This document shows, one piece after another, positions 38,401 to 48,400 of a stretch of 64,000 nt of DNA. This stretch comes from an uncultured bacterium (GTDB lineage: Bacteria; Krumholzibacteriota; Krumholzibacteriia; LZORAL124-64-63). Within the stretch, counting starts at the first letter, position 1. Each line of letters opens with the position of its first letter. The stretch is from positions 1,408,001 through 1,472,000 of the forward strand of contig CAVSZB010000007.1 in assembly GCA_963732385.1 (NCBI GenBank), given 5' to 3'. The translations under genes and the position numbers were made by a program. The notes beneath the pieces are model-generated. The model was not told the origin of the DNA and ran no database searches. It saw only the letters and a list, made by a program, of their open reading frames with translations.

Positions 38401-39278
38401 ACGGCGGCACATCGTTCGTCAAGGTGCTCAACCTCGACGGCGGCAGCACCACCAACAACGTCTGGTACCAGAAGAACCTCGACCTCGACGCCCTCGCCGC
38501 CGCGGCCGGCCTGTCGCTGACCAGCACGTTCGTGGTCAAGTTCCAGCAGTACGACAACTACCCGATCACCAGCGACGGCATGGCGTTCGACGACATCTCC
38601 GTCAGCGCCGTGTCGGCGCCGGTCTACATCACCACCGAGACCGAGCCGAACGCCTCCTCGACCGCGGCGAACGGCCCGGTCGGCACCGGCATCACGGTGA
38701 CCGGAGCGATCTCCTCCAGCACCGACGACGACTGGTTCTGGTTCGACGTCGCCACCGCCGGCGTCGTCAACATCTCGCTGCAGATCGGCAGCAGCGCGGA
38801 CCTCGACTGGTTCCTCTATAATTCCAGCCTCACCGAGGTCGCGCGCGGCTACACGACCAGCAATCCGGAGGTCGGCAGCTACACGGCGGCCGCCGGGCGC
38901 TACTATCTGTTCGTGGACGGTTACAGCGGCGCCACGGCCTCCTACACCCTGAGCATCACCGGCGGCCTGGCCAAGTTCGCCTCGACGCCACCATCGCCGA
39001 AGGAGTTCGCGCTGCATCAGAACCGGCCGAACCCCTTCAACCCGGTCACCATGATCGATTTCGACCAGCCGAGGACCGCCTTCGTGAGCCTGCGGATCTT
39101 CGATCAGCGTGGCCGCCTCGTGACCACCCTGGTGAACGAGGAACTCCCGGCGGGCTATCATCACGTGAAGTGGGACGGGCGGGATGCCGTCGGACAGCGC
39201 CTCGCTTCCGGCGTTTACATCTACCGCCTGGATACGGCTGATCGTGTGTTGACTCGCAAGTTGCTGCTGGCTAAATAG
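35448..39278 (+). CDS. secreted S8 subtilase with duplicated accessory domains, a PPC domain and C-terminal FlgD-Ig domain
   Basis: Catalytic triad IIDSG / HGTCCAG / NGTSCATP, oxyanion ATGNE, two PNGGE plus LPYSTGFE modules, ETEPN PPC-like domain, NRPNPFNP tail. Confidence 0.92.
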   Translation: MERQLRFRYLTALLTFVLLLPLLGAARPASASEQPRAFAPVQGGFDPVGETVSPYAPGRLLVKFTPVALRASTLNVAAQKGAAQAGVMTGIAAVDVLGRDAGLKRISRPYDPAANTALAARIGLDRWYLLEVSGTVDIPALAARYAADPAVEAASPDWRAFPAAIPADPLYAMHWGHNNTAQLLSYNWTTNTHEAGTPVGTIGFDANAQAAWDGTQAYGDPAVVVAIIDSGVDIDHPDLRIVTGYDFGDNDTNPDDNSAAPGHGTCCAGVVASKVNNGLGAAGIAAACGIMPLKVANSAGSMYFTAIQNALRYAADNGAEVISMSLGAAISSDAATDDAILYAHNAGVVILAATGNENASTISYPAINANVIGVGAASPCGERKRSSSLSTEVNSGVYTDPNGYTCDGERWWGSNYGSTTKDAAGAVDVIAPTILPTTDIAGSGGYVSGDYELWFNGTSCATPYAAGVCALIKSKNPTWTPAQIRAQLVGTAQDVVSVESVSGWDRYAGYGMVDAAAAVGAGVTPTNSVTVVAPNGGEVLAAGASTNITWTTTGTIANVKIDYSADGGSTWSAVIASTANDGTHPWTVPATATTQGRIRVADAAVSTTYDISNANFTIQAAATYATLPYSTGFETGALDQYWTKKSSGTTGRILITTANAPHAGSYHMTMDVSTSGTYVQNEAWLNLNLTGQSQVALTFWWKDFGDETHTQDGVYFSSNGGTSFVKVLNLDGGSTTNNVWYQKSLDLDALAAAAGLSLTSTFVVKFQQYDNYPITSDGMAFDDISVTAVTPNTLTVTAPNGGESLAAGTSTNITWTSTGTVANVKLDCSIDAGSTWTTIIASTPNDGTQAWTVPSTATTQGRVRVSDAADATTLDTSNANFTITVPAGTYATLPYSTGFETGALDQYWTKKSSGTTGRILITTANAPHAGSYHMTMDVSTSGTYVQNEAWLKLDLTGQSQVALTFWWKDFGDETHTQDGVYFSSNGGTSFVKVLNLDGGSTTNNVWYQKNLDLDALAAAAGLSLTSTFVVKFQQYDNYPITSDGMAFDDISVSAVSAPVYITTETEPNASSTAANGPVGTGITVTGAISSSTDDDWFWFDVATAGVVNISLQIGSSADLDWFLYNSSLTEVARGYTTSNPEVGSYTAAAGRYYLFVDGYSGATASYTLSITGGLAKFASTPPSPKEFALHQNRPNPFNPVTMIDFDQPRTAFVSLRIFDQRGRLVTTLVNEELPAGYHHVKWDGRDAVGQRLASGVYIYRLDTADRVLTRKLLLAK
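37021..38604 (+). repeat. intragenic tandem duplication, 798-bp period
   Basis: 37317..37806 and 38115..38604 are near-identical in DNA; the preceding PNGGE halves are clearly more diverged. Confidence 0.95.
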
Positions 39279-39403
39279 GTCTAGGTCTCCGCCCGTGCCG
39301 GCGGGCCCGTAGCGGCCGGGCGTCCCTCCCCCCGGGAGCGGACGCCCGGCCCGATGACCCGGCAACCGGCCGCCTGAACCGCCTTTCGCCCTGGAGGAGT
39401 CCG

Positions 39404-39877
39404 ATGCCCGATTCCGTGAACGACCGCCAGCTCATCCGCGACTGCAAGATCGGCGAAGGCACGAAGATCTGGAACTTCGTCAACATCTACGGCTGCGAGA
39501 TCGGCCGCGACAGCATGGTCGGCTGCTTCGTCGAGATCCAGGCCGGCGTGAAGATCGGCGACCGCACGCGCGTGCAGAGCCACACCTTCATCTGCGACAT
39601 GGTGGAGATCGGCAACGACGTCTTCGTCGGACACGGCGTGATGTTCATCAACGACGTCTACCCGCCGCAGCCGGACAAGTCGGTCTGGAAGGGCACGGTC
39701 ATCGAGGATCGCGCGAGCCTCGGCTCGAACTGCACCGTGCTGCCGGTGCGGGTCGGCCACGACGCAATCGTCGGCGCCGGTTCGGTCCTGACGAAGGACG
39801 TGCCGCCGGGCGCGGTGGTGGCGGGCAATCCGGCGCGGCTTTTGCGCTGGCGCGAAGGGTTCGGACCGCAAAAGTAA
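39404..39877 (+). CDS. hexapeptide-repeat (LbH) acyltransferase, sugar N-acetyltransferase-like
   Basis: KIGEGTKIW, EIGRDSMVG, QSHTFIC, GHGVMFIND, VTKDVP-like VLTKDVPPGAVVAGNPAR. Confidence 0.88.
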   Translation: MPDSVNDRQLIRDCKIGEGTKIWNFVNIYGCEIGRDSMVGCFVEIQAGVKIGDRTRVQSHTFICDMVEIGNDVFVGHGVMFINDVYPPQPDKSVWKGTVIEDRASLGSNCTVLPVRVGHDAIVGAGSVLTKDVPPGAVVAGNPARLLRWREGFGPQK

Positions 39878-39993
39878 TATCCACCTGGCCGGGGGCTGGC
39901 TGCCCCGGTCCGATCGGATTAACATGACCGTGCGGACGGCTGTTTCCCCGCCGCCCGCGCGGTCTTTTCATTTCCCAAAGGAGGCGATCCCGC

Positions 39994-40704
39994 ATGAGCG
40001 ACAAGCCCCAGGGGTGCGTGTCACCCGCGAAGGGCGTCCTGACGCCCGCGGCCTCCGCCGCGGCGCCGCGCGAGGGATCCACTCAGGAGGTGCCCCGCAT
40101 GCAGATCATGGTCGGCAGACCCGCCCCCGATTTCGAGGCGAGCGCCTACATCGACGGCGGCTTCGCGAACGTGAAACTGTCGGACTACCGGGGGAAGTGG
40201 GTGACGCTCTGCTTCTACCCCGGAGATTTCACCTTCGTCTGACCCACCGAACTGGCGGCGGTCGCCGCCAATCATGACCAGCTGGTCAAGCTGGGCGTCC
40301 AGGTGCTCGCCATGAGCACCGACAGTCGCTTCACGCACAAGATCTGGCAGGAGGAGGAGCTGTCGAAGATGGTGCCCGGCGGGGTGCCGTTCCCGATGCT
40401 CTCCGACGCCGGCGGGCGCGTCGGCGCGGCCTATGGCGTGTACGACGAAGCGGCCGGCGTGAACATGCGCGGGCGCTTCCTGATCGACCCCGACGGCGTG
40501 ATCCAGGCGATGGAAGTGCTCACCCCTCCGGTCGGCCGCAACTTCGCCGAACTCACCCGTCAGATCCAGGCTTTCCAGCTCGTGGCCGCGACGAAGGGCG
40601 CCGAGGCCACGCCGGCCGGCTGGCGTCCGGGCGACCCCACGCTCAAGCCGGGGCCTGACCTGGTCGGCAAGGTCTGGAAGGTGTGGAAGCCGAAGCAGGA
40701 GTAA
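39994..40704 (+). CDS. prxU: selenocysteine-containing peroxiredoxin (in-frame UGA at 40240-40242)
   Basis: ORFs 39994..40242 and 40303..40704 share one frame. [16 protein letters not shown] places the UGA at the peroxidatic Cys of AhpC; VGRN and ATPAGW follow. Confidence 0.93.
40253..40270 (+). promoter_or_regulatory. bacterial SECIS-like hairpin
   Basis: TGGCGGC-GGTC-GCCGCCA starts 10 nt after the UGA; the loop is G-led. Confidence 0.75.
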
Positions 40705-40739
40705 CCGCCGCGCGAGGCGGCCGGTGTGTTCCCACCCGC

Positions 40740-40779
40740 AAAAACGCCCGCCGCCCCCCGCTGCGGGGACGGCGGGCGC
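40740..40779 (-). terminator. probable terminator between convergent prxU and the M16 gene
   Basis: CGCCCGCCG...CGGCGGGCG stem with an A-run on the left, which is a U-tract on the minus strand. Confidence 0.6.
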
Positions 40780-40795
40780 TGCCGAAAATCGCCGG

Positions 40796-42394
40796 TCAGT
40801 CGGCCAGCGGCTTCATCGTCAGCGGATCGCGCAGCGGCAGGCGGTGCGGCTCGCCGCCGGCGAGGCCGACGAGGCTCACGTCGTGCTTGCCATCGCCGAG
40901 CAGCATCTCGTCCACCTTGCCGACCAGCAGGAACGTCATCTGCGTCGGATCGAGCAGGCGCTGCGCCACCCGCTGCACATCGGCAGCCGTGACCGCCGCG
41001 ATGCGCTCGCGGAACTCGGCGAAGTAGCGCGGATCCCTCTGATAGCGTCCGGTCAGCTCCTCCGTGGCCAGGGCGCCGGCGATGGCGCCTGCCGTTTCGA
41101 ACTGTGTCGGGAAGGTCTCGATGAACTTGTTCTGCGCGGTCTGCAGCTCGGCGTCAGACACCGGCTGCTCGCGGATGCGCCGCACCTCGGCCAGGCCGAC
41201 ATCGACCGCGAACGCCGCGGAACGCACCTTCGTCTGGAAGGTGACGCGCCACGCGTCGGGCCAGTAGACGCCCCCCTCCTGCCGCGAGCGCACCGAGTAG
41301 GCCAACCCCTCGTCGGAGCGGATGCGGTTGACGAGCCGCGCGCTGAACCCGCCCCCGCCGAGAATGTCGTTCAGCACGAGCGCCGCGAACCAGTCCGGAT
41401 CGGAGCGGTCGAGCGTGCGCAGGCCGAACGACACGCGGGCCTGGCTGACATCCTTGTCCACGACGTACCAGCCGGGGGCGGCCGGGGCGTTCGGGGCCGG
41501 CGGCGGACCGGGTCGCTCGCCGGAAACGGGCCAGTTCGCGAACGCCCGCTCGAGCGCGCGGATCATGGCCGCGCGGTCGAAGTCGCCCGAGACGGCGAGC
41601 AGGAAGTTGCGGGGGCCTACGTAGCGGCGCGTGAACGTCTCCAGGTCGGACCGCGTGAGCCCCTCGATCGAGGCCTGCGTCGGGTAGCGATTGCCCCAGA
41701 ACTCCTCGCCGCGCGCGAGGAAGCCCCATTCCCGCCCCTCGATCTGCGCGGTCTCGTCATTGCGCTCCTTCATCTGCTGGACGAGCTGGTCCTTGGCGAG
41801 CTGCAGACGGTCGTCGGCGAATGCCGGTTCGCGCAGACACTCCACCAGCAGCGCCAGACCGGCGTCGAGATCCTTGCTGAGCAGGTTGAGCGAGGCGCGC
41901 GCCTCGGCCGGCCCGATCGGCACGCCGCCCAGGCCCATGAAACCACCGCCGCGCCCGCCGACTGAGGCATCGAGCATCGCGCCGAGCGCGCTGACGGCAT
42001 CCTCCACCGCGGTGGCGGAACGCCGCGCCGTGCCGCCGCGCGTGAGTTGGTCCACCGCCAGGGCGGCCAGCCCCTCGCGGCCGACGGGGTCGAGATCGGC
42101 GCCGATCCTCATCAGCACGTGCACGCTCACCAGCGGCAGCGCGCGGTCGGGGACCAGATAGACGACGATGCCGTTCTTCAGCTGGACCCGGGCGTCCTTC
42201 GCCACGGGCGGGTCGTAGCTCAGGGGCGGGAAGGTGAGCTGCTCCGGGCGGTCCGGGATGGCGGATCCGCCGGCCGGAGCCGCCGCGGGCAGCGCACAGA
42301 GCAGGGCGCAGGTCGCCAGAGCGGCCGCCGCCGGAAACGCGCGGCCGGGCCGGGAGGCCGCGGCGCGCGTGAGCGTGTTCGCACGGGTCTTCAT
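40796..42394 (-). CDS. M16 peptidase partner subunit (no HXXEH)
   Basis: Signal peptide, LKNGIVVYL, NDILGGGGFSARL, IRSDEGLAYSV (R/Y motif). Confidence 0.87.
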   Translation of the reverse strand: MKTRANTLTRAAASRPGRAFPAAAALATCALLCALPAAAPAGGSAIPDRPEQLTFPPLSYDPPVAKDARVQLKNGIVVYLVPDRALPLVSVHVLMRIGADLDPVGREGLAALAVDQLTRGGTARRSATAVEDAVSALGAMLDASVGGRGGGFMGLGGVPIGPAEARASLNLLSKDLDAGLALLVECLREPAFADDRLQLAKDQLVQQMKERNDETAQIEGREWGFLARGEEFWGNRYPTQASIEGLTRSDLETFTRRYVGPRNFLLAVSGDFDRAAMIRALERAFANWPVSGERPGPPPAPNAPAAPGWYVVDKDVSQARVSFGLRTLDRSDPDWFAALVLNDILGGGGFSARLVNRIRSDEGLAYSVRSRQEGGVYWPDAWRVTFQTKVRSAAFAVDVGLAEVRRIREQPVSDAELQTAQNKFIETFPTQFETAGAIAGALATEELTGRYQRDPRYFAEFRERIAAVTAADVQRVAQRLLDPTQMTFLLVGKVDEMLLGDGKHDVSLVGLAGGEPHRLPLRDPLTMKPLAD

Positions 42395-42408
42395 GTCGCG
42401 TTCCTCCC

Positions 42409-44205
42409 TCACTTGTTGCCGGACTGGAGTTCGGTGAGGCGCGCCTGCGCCTTCGTCCGCAGAAAGTCCATCGCGCCCTTCAGTTCGGGCGGCATCTGGC
42501 CCGCCCGCTCCTCAAGACGCCCGATGTACGCCTGCACCTGAGCCGCGTCGGCCATCCCCTGCAGACGGGCGAGGCTGCCCATGATCATCGGTTTCGCCTC
42601 GGCCGGCAGCGCCGCGAGCGCGGGATCCTCCGCCGCCCCGCCCGTCTTGCGGGTCCAGACGGCGACGGCGCGGTTCTCCTTCGCGAAATAGGTTTTCGCC
42701 ACGCGTTGCACATCCTCCGCCGTGACCTGCTGGACGGCGCGGTCGGCGGCGTCGGCGTCGCGCCACGAGCTCGTCGCCTCGGCCCGACCGTAGCGGATCA
42801 TGAGGAAGAAGTTGCTGTCGAGGCGACGGTAGCTCGAGGCAAGGTAGCGGTTCTTCACCCCCTGCAGTTCGTCCGCCGGGACCGGCTCCCGCTGCAGCTT
42901 CTCGAGCTCGGTGTAGATCGCCGCCTCGACCTGCTCGGGCGTCCGCCCATCCTTGGCCTCGGCTTCGATTTCGAACATGCCCTCGTACTTCTGGGCGTCC
43001 TGGGACGCGCGGGCGCTCGTGGCGGGGCCATCGCCCAGGACGAGGGCGCGGCGCAGCCGGCCGGCTGTTCCGTCAAGGATCCCGGACAGCACCTCGAGGG
43101 CCGGAACGTCGCGGTGCACCGCCGCGACCGTGTGCCAGCGTACCGTCACGGCGGGATTCGTCTCCGCCTCGCCATAGAACCGCTTCTCGGCCAGCTGCCG
43201 CGGCTCCATGGTGATCATTTCCGGCGCCGGCTGCGGGCCGGTCGGTATGCGGCCGAGGTATTTTTCGGCCAGCGCCAGCGCCTGCGGCGCGTCGAAGTCG
43301 CCCACCAGCACCGCACAGAGGTTCTGCGGCGCATAGTAGAGCGCGTAGTAGGCCCGCGCCTGCTCGTAGGTCAGACTCGCCACGTCGCTCGCCCAGCCGA
43401 TCACCGGCCAGCTGTAGGGACTCGCCTCCCAGAAGACCGCGTCGAATGCCTCCTGATACTTGCCGGTCGGCGTGGATTCGACGCCGAGACGACGCTCCTC
43501 GTTGACGACATCGCGCTCGGAGTAGAATTCGCGGAAGACCGAGTTCGCGATCCGGTCCGACTCCAGCCAGAACCACAGCTCCAGCTTGTTGGCCGGCAGG
43601 TTCTCGATATAGAACGTCATGTCATTGCCGGTGAAGGCGTTGATGCGACTGCCGCCGTTGCGCTGCAGGATGTTGTCGAATTCGTTCTTCACCATGTTGG
43701 CGCGCTGCATCGCGACCAGCGAGTCGAAGCGGGCCTCGAGCTCGCGATAGCGCGGCGTCTTCGCCTCGGGCTTCATCATGTCGTCGATTTCGCCCCGGCG
43801 CTGGGCGGCCCGCAGCAGCGACAACTCCGCCCGCATCCCGGCCTGGACGCGCTCCTGCTCGTCCATGAGCTGCCGGTCGAGCGCGGCGTCTTTCGTGCCG
43901 ATCGTGGTCGTCCCCTTGAACATCATGTGCTCGAAGAGGTGCGAGAGGCCGGTAATGCCGGCGCGCTCGTTGGCTGAGCCGACCTTCGCCACCCAGCCGG
44001 CCGCCACGCTCGGCGTGATGTGCCGCGGCACGAGCAGCAGCTTCATGCCGTTGGCGAGGATATGTTCCTGGACCTCGGGGCCGGGCGCCGGCGGCGCACC
44101 GGCCGGCCTGGCGCCGGCGGCCGTCGCCGCGAGCGCCACGAGAAGCAGCGCGAGCGCCGACGCCCGTGGGGCGACGACACCTGCCGGGTGCGAAGATCTG
44201 GCCAT
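42409..44205 (-). CDS. M16 (pitrilysin-family) zinc peptidase, catalytic subunit
   Basis: LANGMKLLL, GLSHLFEHMMFKGT, NAFTGND, ERDVVNEERR, WPVIGW. Confidence 0.92.
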   Translation of the reverse strand: MARSSHPAGVVAPRASALALLLVALAATAAGARPAGAPPAPGPEVQEHILANGMKLLLVPRHITPSVAAGWVAKVGSANERAGITGLSHLFEHMMFKGTTTIGTKDAALDRQLMDEQERVQAGMRAELSLLRAAQRRGEIDDMMKPEAKTPRYRELEARFDSLVAMQRANMVKNEFDNILQRNGGSRINAFTGNDMTFYIENLPANKLELWFWLESDRIANSVFREFYSERDVVNEERRLGVESTPTGKYQEAFDAVFWEASPYSWPVIGWASDVASLTYEQARAYYALYYAPQNLCAVLVGDFDAPQALALAEKYLGRIPTGPQPAPEMITMEPRQLAEKRFYGEAETNPAVTVRWHTVAAVHRDVPALEVLSGILDGTAGRLRRALVLGDGPATSARASQDAQKYEGMFEIEAEAKDGRTPEQVEAAIYTELEKLQREPVPADELQGVKNRYLASSYRRLDSNFFLMIRYGRAEATSSWRDADAADRAVQQVTAEDVQRVAKTYFAKENRAVAVWTRKTGGAAEDPALAALPAEAKPMIMGSLARLQGMADAAQVQAYIGRLEERAGQMPPELKGAMDFLRTKAQARLTELQSGNK

Positions 44206-44388
44206 GGGCTTCTTCTTTCCTGTGACGAGGAACTCCGTGACGCGCGGGAAAACGCCCGCCATCCTAGCAAACGGGGGGCGCGGCGGCAACCGCCCCACCG
44301 GCTCCTGGCGCGCCATCGTCGGGCCCGTCTTGCAGCCGCTTCAGCATCCCGCGGATGTCGCGCAGGTCGGACGCGGACCGACCCATCG

Positions 44389-45297
44389 TCAGCCCCGGAG
44401 CCGTGGCGGGTAGTCGCCGCGGGCGACCAGGGTGCGCAGGCGGGCCGCCACCGTGTCGCGGTCCTCGCGGTAGGTCATGCCAAACCAGGGATCGGGCGAG
44501 TCGAGCAGCTGCACTGTGGCCGTCCCCTCGTCCATCAACTCCTTCACGACCGCCGGGATGTACAGTTCCGAGCCGGACTCGCCGCCACGCGTGCGCAGGA
44601 ACCGGTCGAAGCGCTCCGCGAGGCAGGGGAAAATGGCCGGCGTGAAACCCCAGAAGTTCATGGAGACGGGAGTGTCGCCGGGGTAGCGACGGTCATCGCC
44701 ATCGGGACCGGTTTCGCGCGCGCCGCCGTCGCACGGCGCCAGCGCCGTCCGCTCGACGATGTCGCGCAGCAGCCCGTCCGGCCCCGCCGCGCAGATGCCG
44801 CGCGACACGGTCCCGTGCTCGGACAGCGTGTTCGCCAGGCGGTAGCCGACCATCGCCCAGCGCGCAGGGGGCATCACGGCCGGTTCACGCAGGAAGCGGA
44901 CCATCTGCGCGTAGCCGGCCGCGCCGTAGAAATCGTCGGCGTTGATCACCATGAAGGGGGCGCTTACCGCCTCGCGCGCCGCGAAAATGGCGTGCGCCGT
45001 GCCCCACGGCTTGATGCGTCCCGCCGGAACTGTGAACCAGGACGGCACGTCGGCCAGCTCCTGGTGCGCGTAGACAACCTCGACGCGCCCGGCGAACCGC
45101 GAACCGATCTGGGCGTGGAAGTCCGTCTCCATATCGCGACGGATCACGAAGACGACCCGTTCCACCCCGGCGCGCAGCGCGTCGAAAATGGAATAGTCGA
45201 GCAGCTTCTCGCCACCCGGGCCGACCGGCTCAAGCTGCTTGAGACCGCCGAAGCGCGAGCCGACGCCCGCCGCCATGACCAGCAGTTCCGGTTGCAT
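44389..45297 (-). CDS. sugar-phosphate nucleotidyltransferase family protein
   Basis: MAAGVGSRFGGLKQ, KPWGTAHA, INADDFYG, VSMNFWGF. Confidence 0.88.
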   Translation of the reverse strand: MQPELLVMAAGVGSRFGGLKQLEPVGPGGEKLLDYSIFDALRAGVERVVFVIRRDMETDFHAQIGSRFAGRVEVVYAHQELADVPSWFTVPAGRIKPWGTAHAIFAAREAVSAPFMVINADDFYGAAGYAQMVRFLREPAVMPPARWAMVGYRLANTLSEHGTVSRGICAAGPDGLLRDIVERTALAPCDGGARETGPDGDDRRYPGDTPVSMNFWGFTPAIFPCLAERFDRFLRTRGGESGSELYIPAVVKELMDEGTATVQLLDSPDPWFGMTYREDRDTVAARLRTLVARGDYPPRLRG

Positions 45298-45419
45298 GAA
45301 TGACCGTCATCCTCGCGTGAGGGGGGAACGTGGCGCGCGAAGCACGCGGTATGAGGCGATTCATACCCCACGCAGGGGCCGGAAGCAACCGGCGATGCGG
45401 CGGACGCCGGGCGAAGGAT

Positions 45420-48400
45420 CTAGCTGGAAATCGGGGCGTGAAGCAGTTCCTGGATCGCCGCGAACAGCCGGCGGGGCTCGACCGGCTTGGTCACGTATCC
45501 GTCCATGCCGGAGTCCAGACAACGCGCGCGGTCATCGGCCATGGCGTGGGCCGTGAGCGCGATCACCGGGACATGCCGTCCGGTGCCGCCCTCGCGGCGG
45601 CGCAGTTCGGCGGTCGCCTGGAGACCGTCCATCACCGGCATCTGCACGTCCATGAGCACGATGTCGAAGACCTCCCGCGCGCAGGCAGCCAGGGCCGCCT
45701 CGCCGTTGTCGGCCATGACGACAACGTGGCCCGCCTTCTCGAGCAGCCGCCGCATCAGCAGCTGGTTTACGGCGTTGTCCTCCGCCACCAGCACCCGCAG
45801 TCCGTCGCCGGAGATGCGGGGCGTCTCCGGAAGGGACGCCGCGGGCACCTCCTCTTTCTGCGCTACCGCCGACTCGTCGGCCACCGGGAACACGCAGGAG
45901 AAGAAGAACGTGGTGCCCCGACCCGGCTCACTCTCCACGCGCAGATCGCCCCCCATGGCGGCCACGAGGCGGGTCGAGATCGACAGTCCCAGACCGGTGC
46001 CTCCGGGCCGTTGATGCGCCTTGCCGGCCACCTGTCTGAACGCTTCGAAGACCTGCGGCAGTTGATCCGCCGGAATGCCGATGCCGGTGTCCCGGACGGC
46101 GAAACGGAGCTCCACACCGTCCGGACCGGCCGGCGCCGGGCCCGGCGCCGCGCTCACCACGATTTCGCCGACGTCGGTGAACTTCACCGCGTTGCCGACC
46201 AGATTGATGAGAACCTGCCGCAGGCGCACCTCGTCGCCGACGATCGCCGCCGGAACGCCAGGCTCCGTCTCGCAGCGCAGCGTGATCCCCTTCTCCCGCG
46301 CGCCCAGGGCGACCGGCCGTAGCGCCTCCTGCATACAGCGGCGCGGAGCGAACGGCTCCCGGACCAGTTCGAACCGTCCGGCATCGATCTTGGAGAGGTC
46401 GAGAATGTCGTTGATGAGATCGAGCAGCGAGTGAGCCGAACTGTCCACGATGCCCAGGTACTCCTGCCGCTCCTCCTCGCGCGCGGTTTCTACGGCCAGC
46501 CGCGTCATGCCGATGATGCCGTTCATCGGCGTGCGGATCTCGTGGCTCATCTGGGCCAGGAACTCGCCCCGCGTCCGCGTCGCCTGCTCCGCCTCGTCCT
46601 TGGCCGCCTGCAGTTCCCAGGTGCGCTCCTGCACGAGGCTGGCCAGCTCGTCGGCGCGGCGGCGGACCTGGCGCACTCGCCAGCGGAACAGCGCCACCAC
46701 GCCCAGAAGCGCGATGGCCGCGACGGCGCCACGGAATAACGGCGACTGGTGCAGGTGCGGCTGGAGGGAGAACGCGTAGGATTTCTCCTCGCCGCCGAAC
46801 TCGCCCCGGATGTTGCTCGCCTGGACGGTGAAGGTGTAGCGGCCCGGCGGAATATTGGTGTAGTAGGCCTCGCGACGACCGCCCGCCATATGCCACTCAT
46901 CTTCATAACCATCGAGTCGGAAGCGGAAACAGATGCGGTTCGCATAGCGTGCGCTGGCGGCGCTGTATTGGAAATGGAGGTCGCCGCTGCCGGGCGGCGC
47001 TCTCAGGGGACTCGAGAGATCCGCGCGCCGGCCCGAGACGAGGGCCCGGTCGATGACCAGTTGCGGGAACGGCGGGGGCGCGACGGCGATCCGCGGATCG
47101 ACGACCGTCACGCCGTCATTCGTGGCGAACCAGAGGCGACCGTCACGATCCCGCACGGCCGGCGGATGCGTGGCGCCGTTGCACTCCGCGGTCTTCATGC
47201 CGTCGTCACGACCGTAGACGTCGCAGGTCAGCGTGTCGAGGAGACCTTCGGCGAAGGCGTCGAGAGCGACGTGGCGGACGCGGAACACGCCCCGGTTGCA
47301 TCCGAACCAGAACGAACCGCAATCATCTTCCAGGATGGCCAGCACGAGACTGTCGAACAGGCCGTTTTCAGCGCTGTAGGTGAAGAAACGACCATTGTGA
47401 TGGCGCACGAGGCCGTCCATGGTGCCAATCCAGACGTCGCCGTCAGCGTCCAGGTGCATCGCCAGCACGACCTTCGTCGGCAGGCCCCTGATCGCGCCAG
47501 GTTCCTCCAGGCGTCCGGCGCGCAGGCGATTGACACCGCCCTCGGTGCCTACCCAGATCACCCCTTCGCGGTCCTCGACGATGCCGCCCCACACCACGTC
47601 GCTCCGCAGACCGTCGGCGGCGGTGTAGCGGTTCAGGCGCCCGGCGTGCAGTCGGCAGAGACCGTCCCGCCGGGTGCCGAACCAGAAATCGCCGGCGCGA
47701 TCCTGGAGCATGCAGCGCACCTGTTCGATCGTCGCTCCGTCCGCGTCGCGAAAGAGCCGGAAACGCCCGTCCTCGTAGCGGTAGAGCGAGCTGTTGGTGC
47801 CTGCCCAGAGCGTGCCATCCCGGTCCTCGTAGAGGCTCGACACGAAATCGTTCGGCAGACCGTCGGCGCGCCCCAGCACCTCGACTCTGCCGTCGCGCAG
47901 GCGGCTGAGCCCCGGCGCGCTCCCGCCCACCCACAGCGTGCCGTCGCGGGTCTGCAGGACGGCCCGCACCGAATCGTCGCCCAGCCCCTCCGAGGTGGAG
48001 ACCGTGGTGAACAGCCCCCCCCGCAGACGATGCACGCCGTCACCGAAAGTCCCGATCCAGAGATCCCCGTCCGGAGACAGGAACAGCGCCTGGATCGCCG
48101 CGGTGTCGAGCGGACCGTCGATCCGGGCGGACGTGGGGCGGCCGCGGCGGATCAGGCCGAGCCCCGCCCCCTCCGTGCCGACCCAGATGTTGCCGTCGGG
48201 ATCGGCCGCGAGCGCGGAAATCACCTCGCCCGGCAGTCCATCGGCCCGGTCGTAGACACGCAGGGCGCCCTGCCGGCGGCAGACCAGCCCGCGTTGCGTG
48301 CCGATCCACACCGCGCCGTCGGGGGCGATGACCAGGGCACGGACGGTCGCATCGGGCAGCCCGTCTGCCAGGCCGAAGCGTTGCACGGTCTGCCCTTCGC

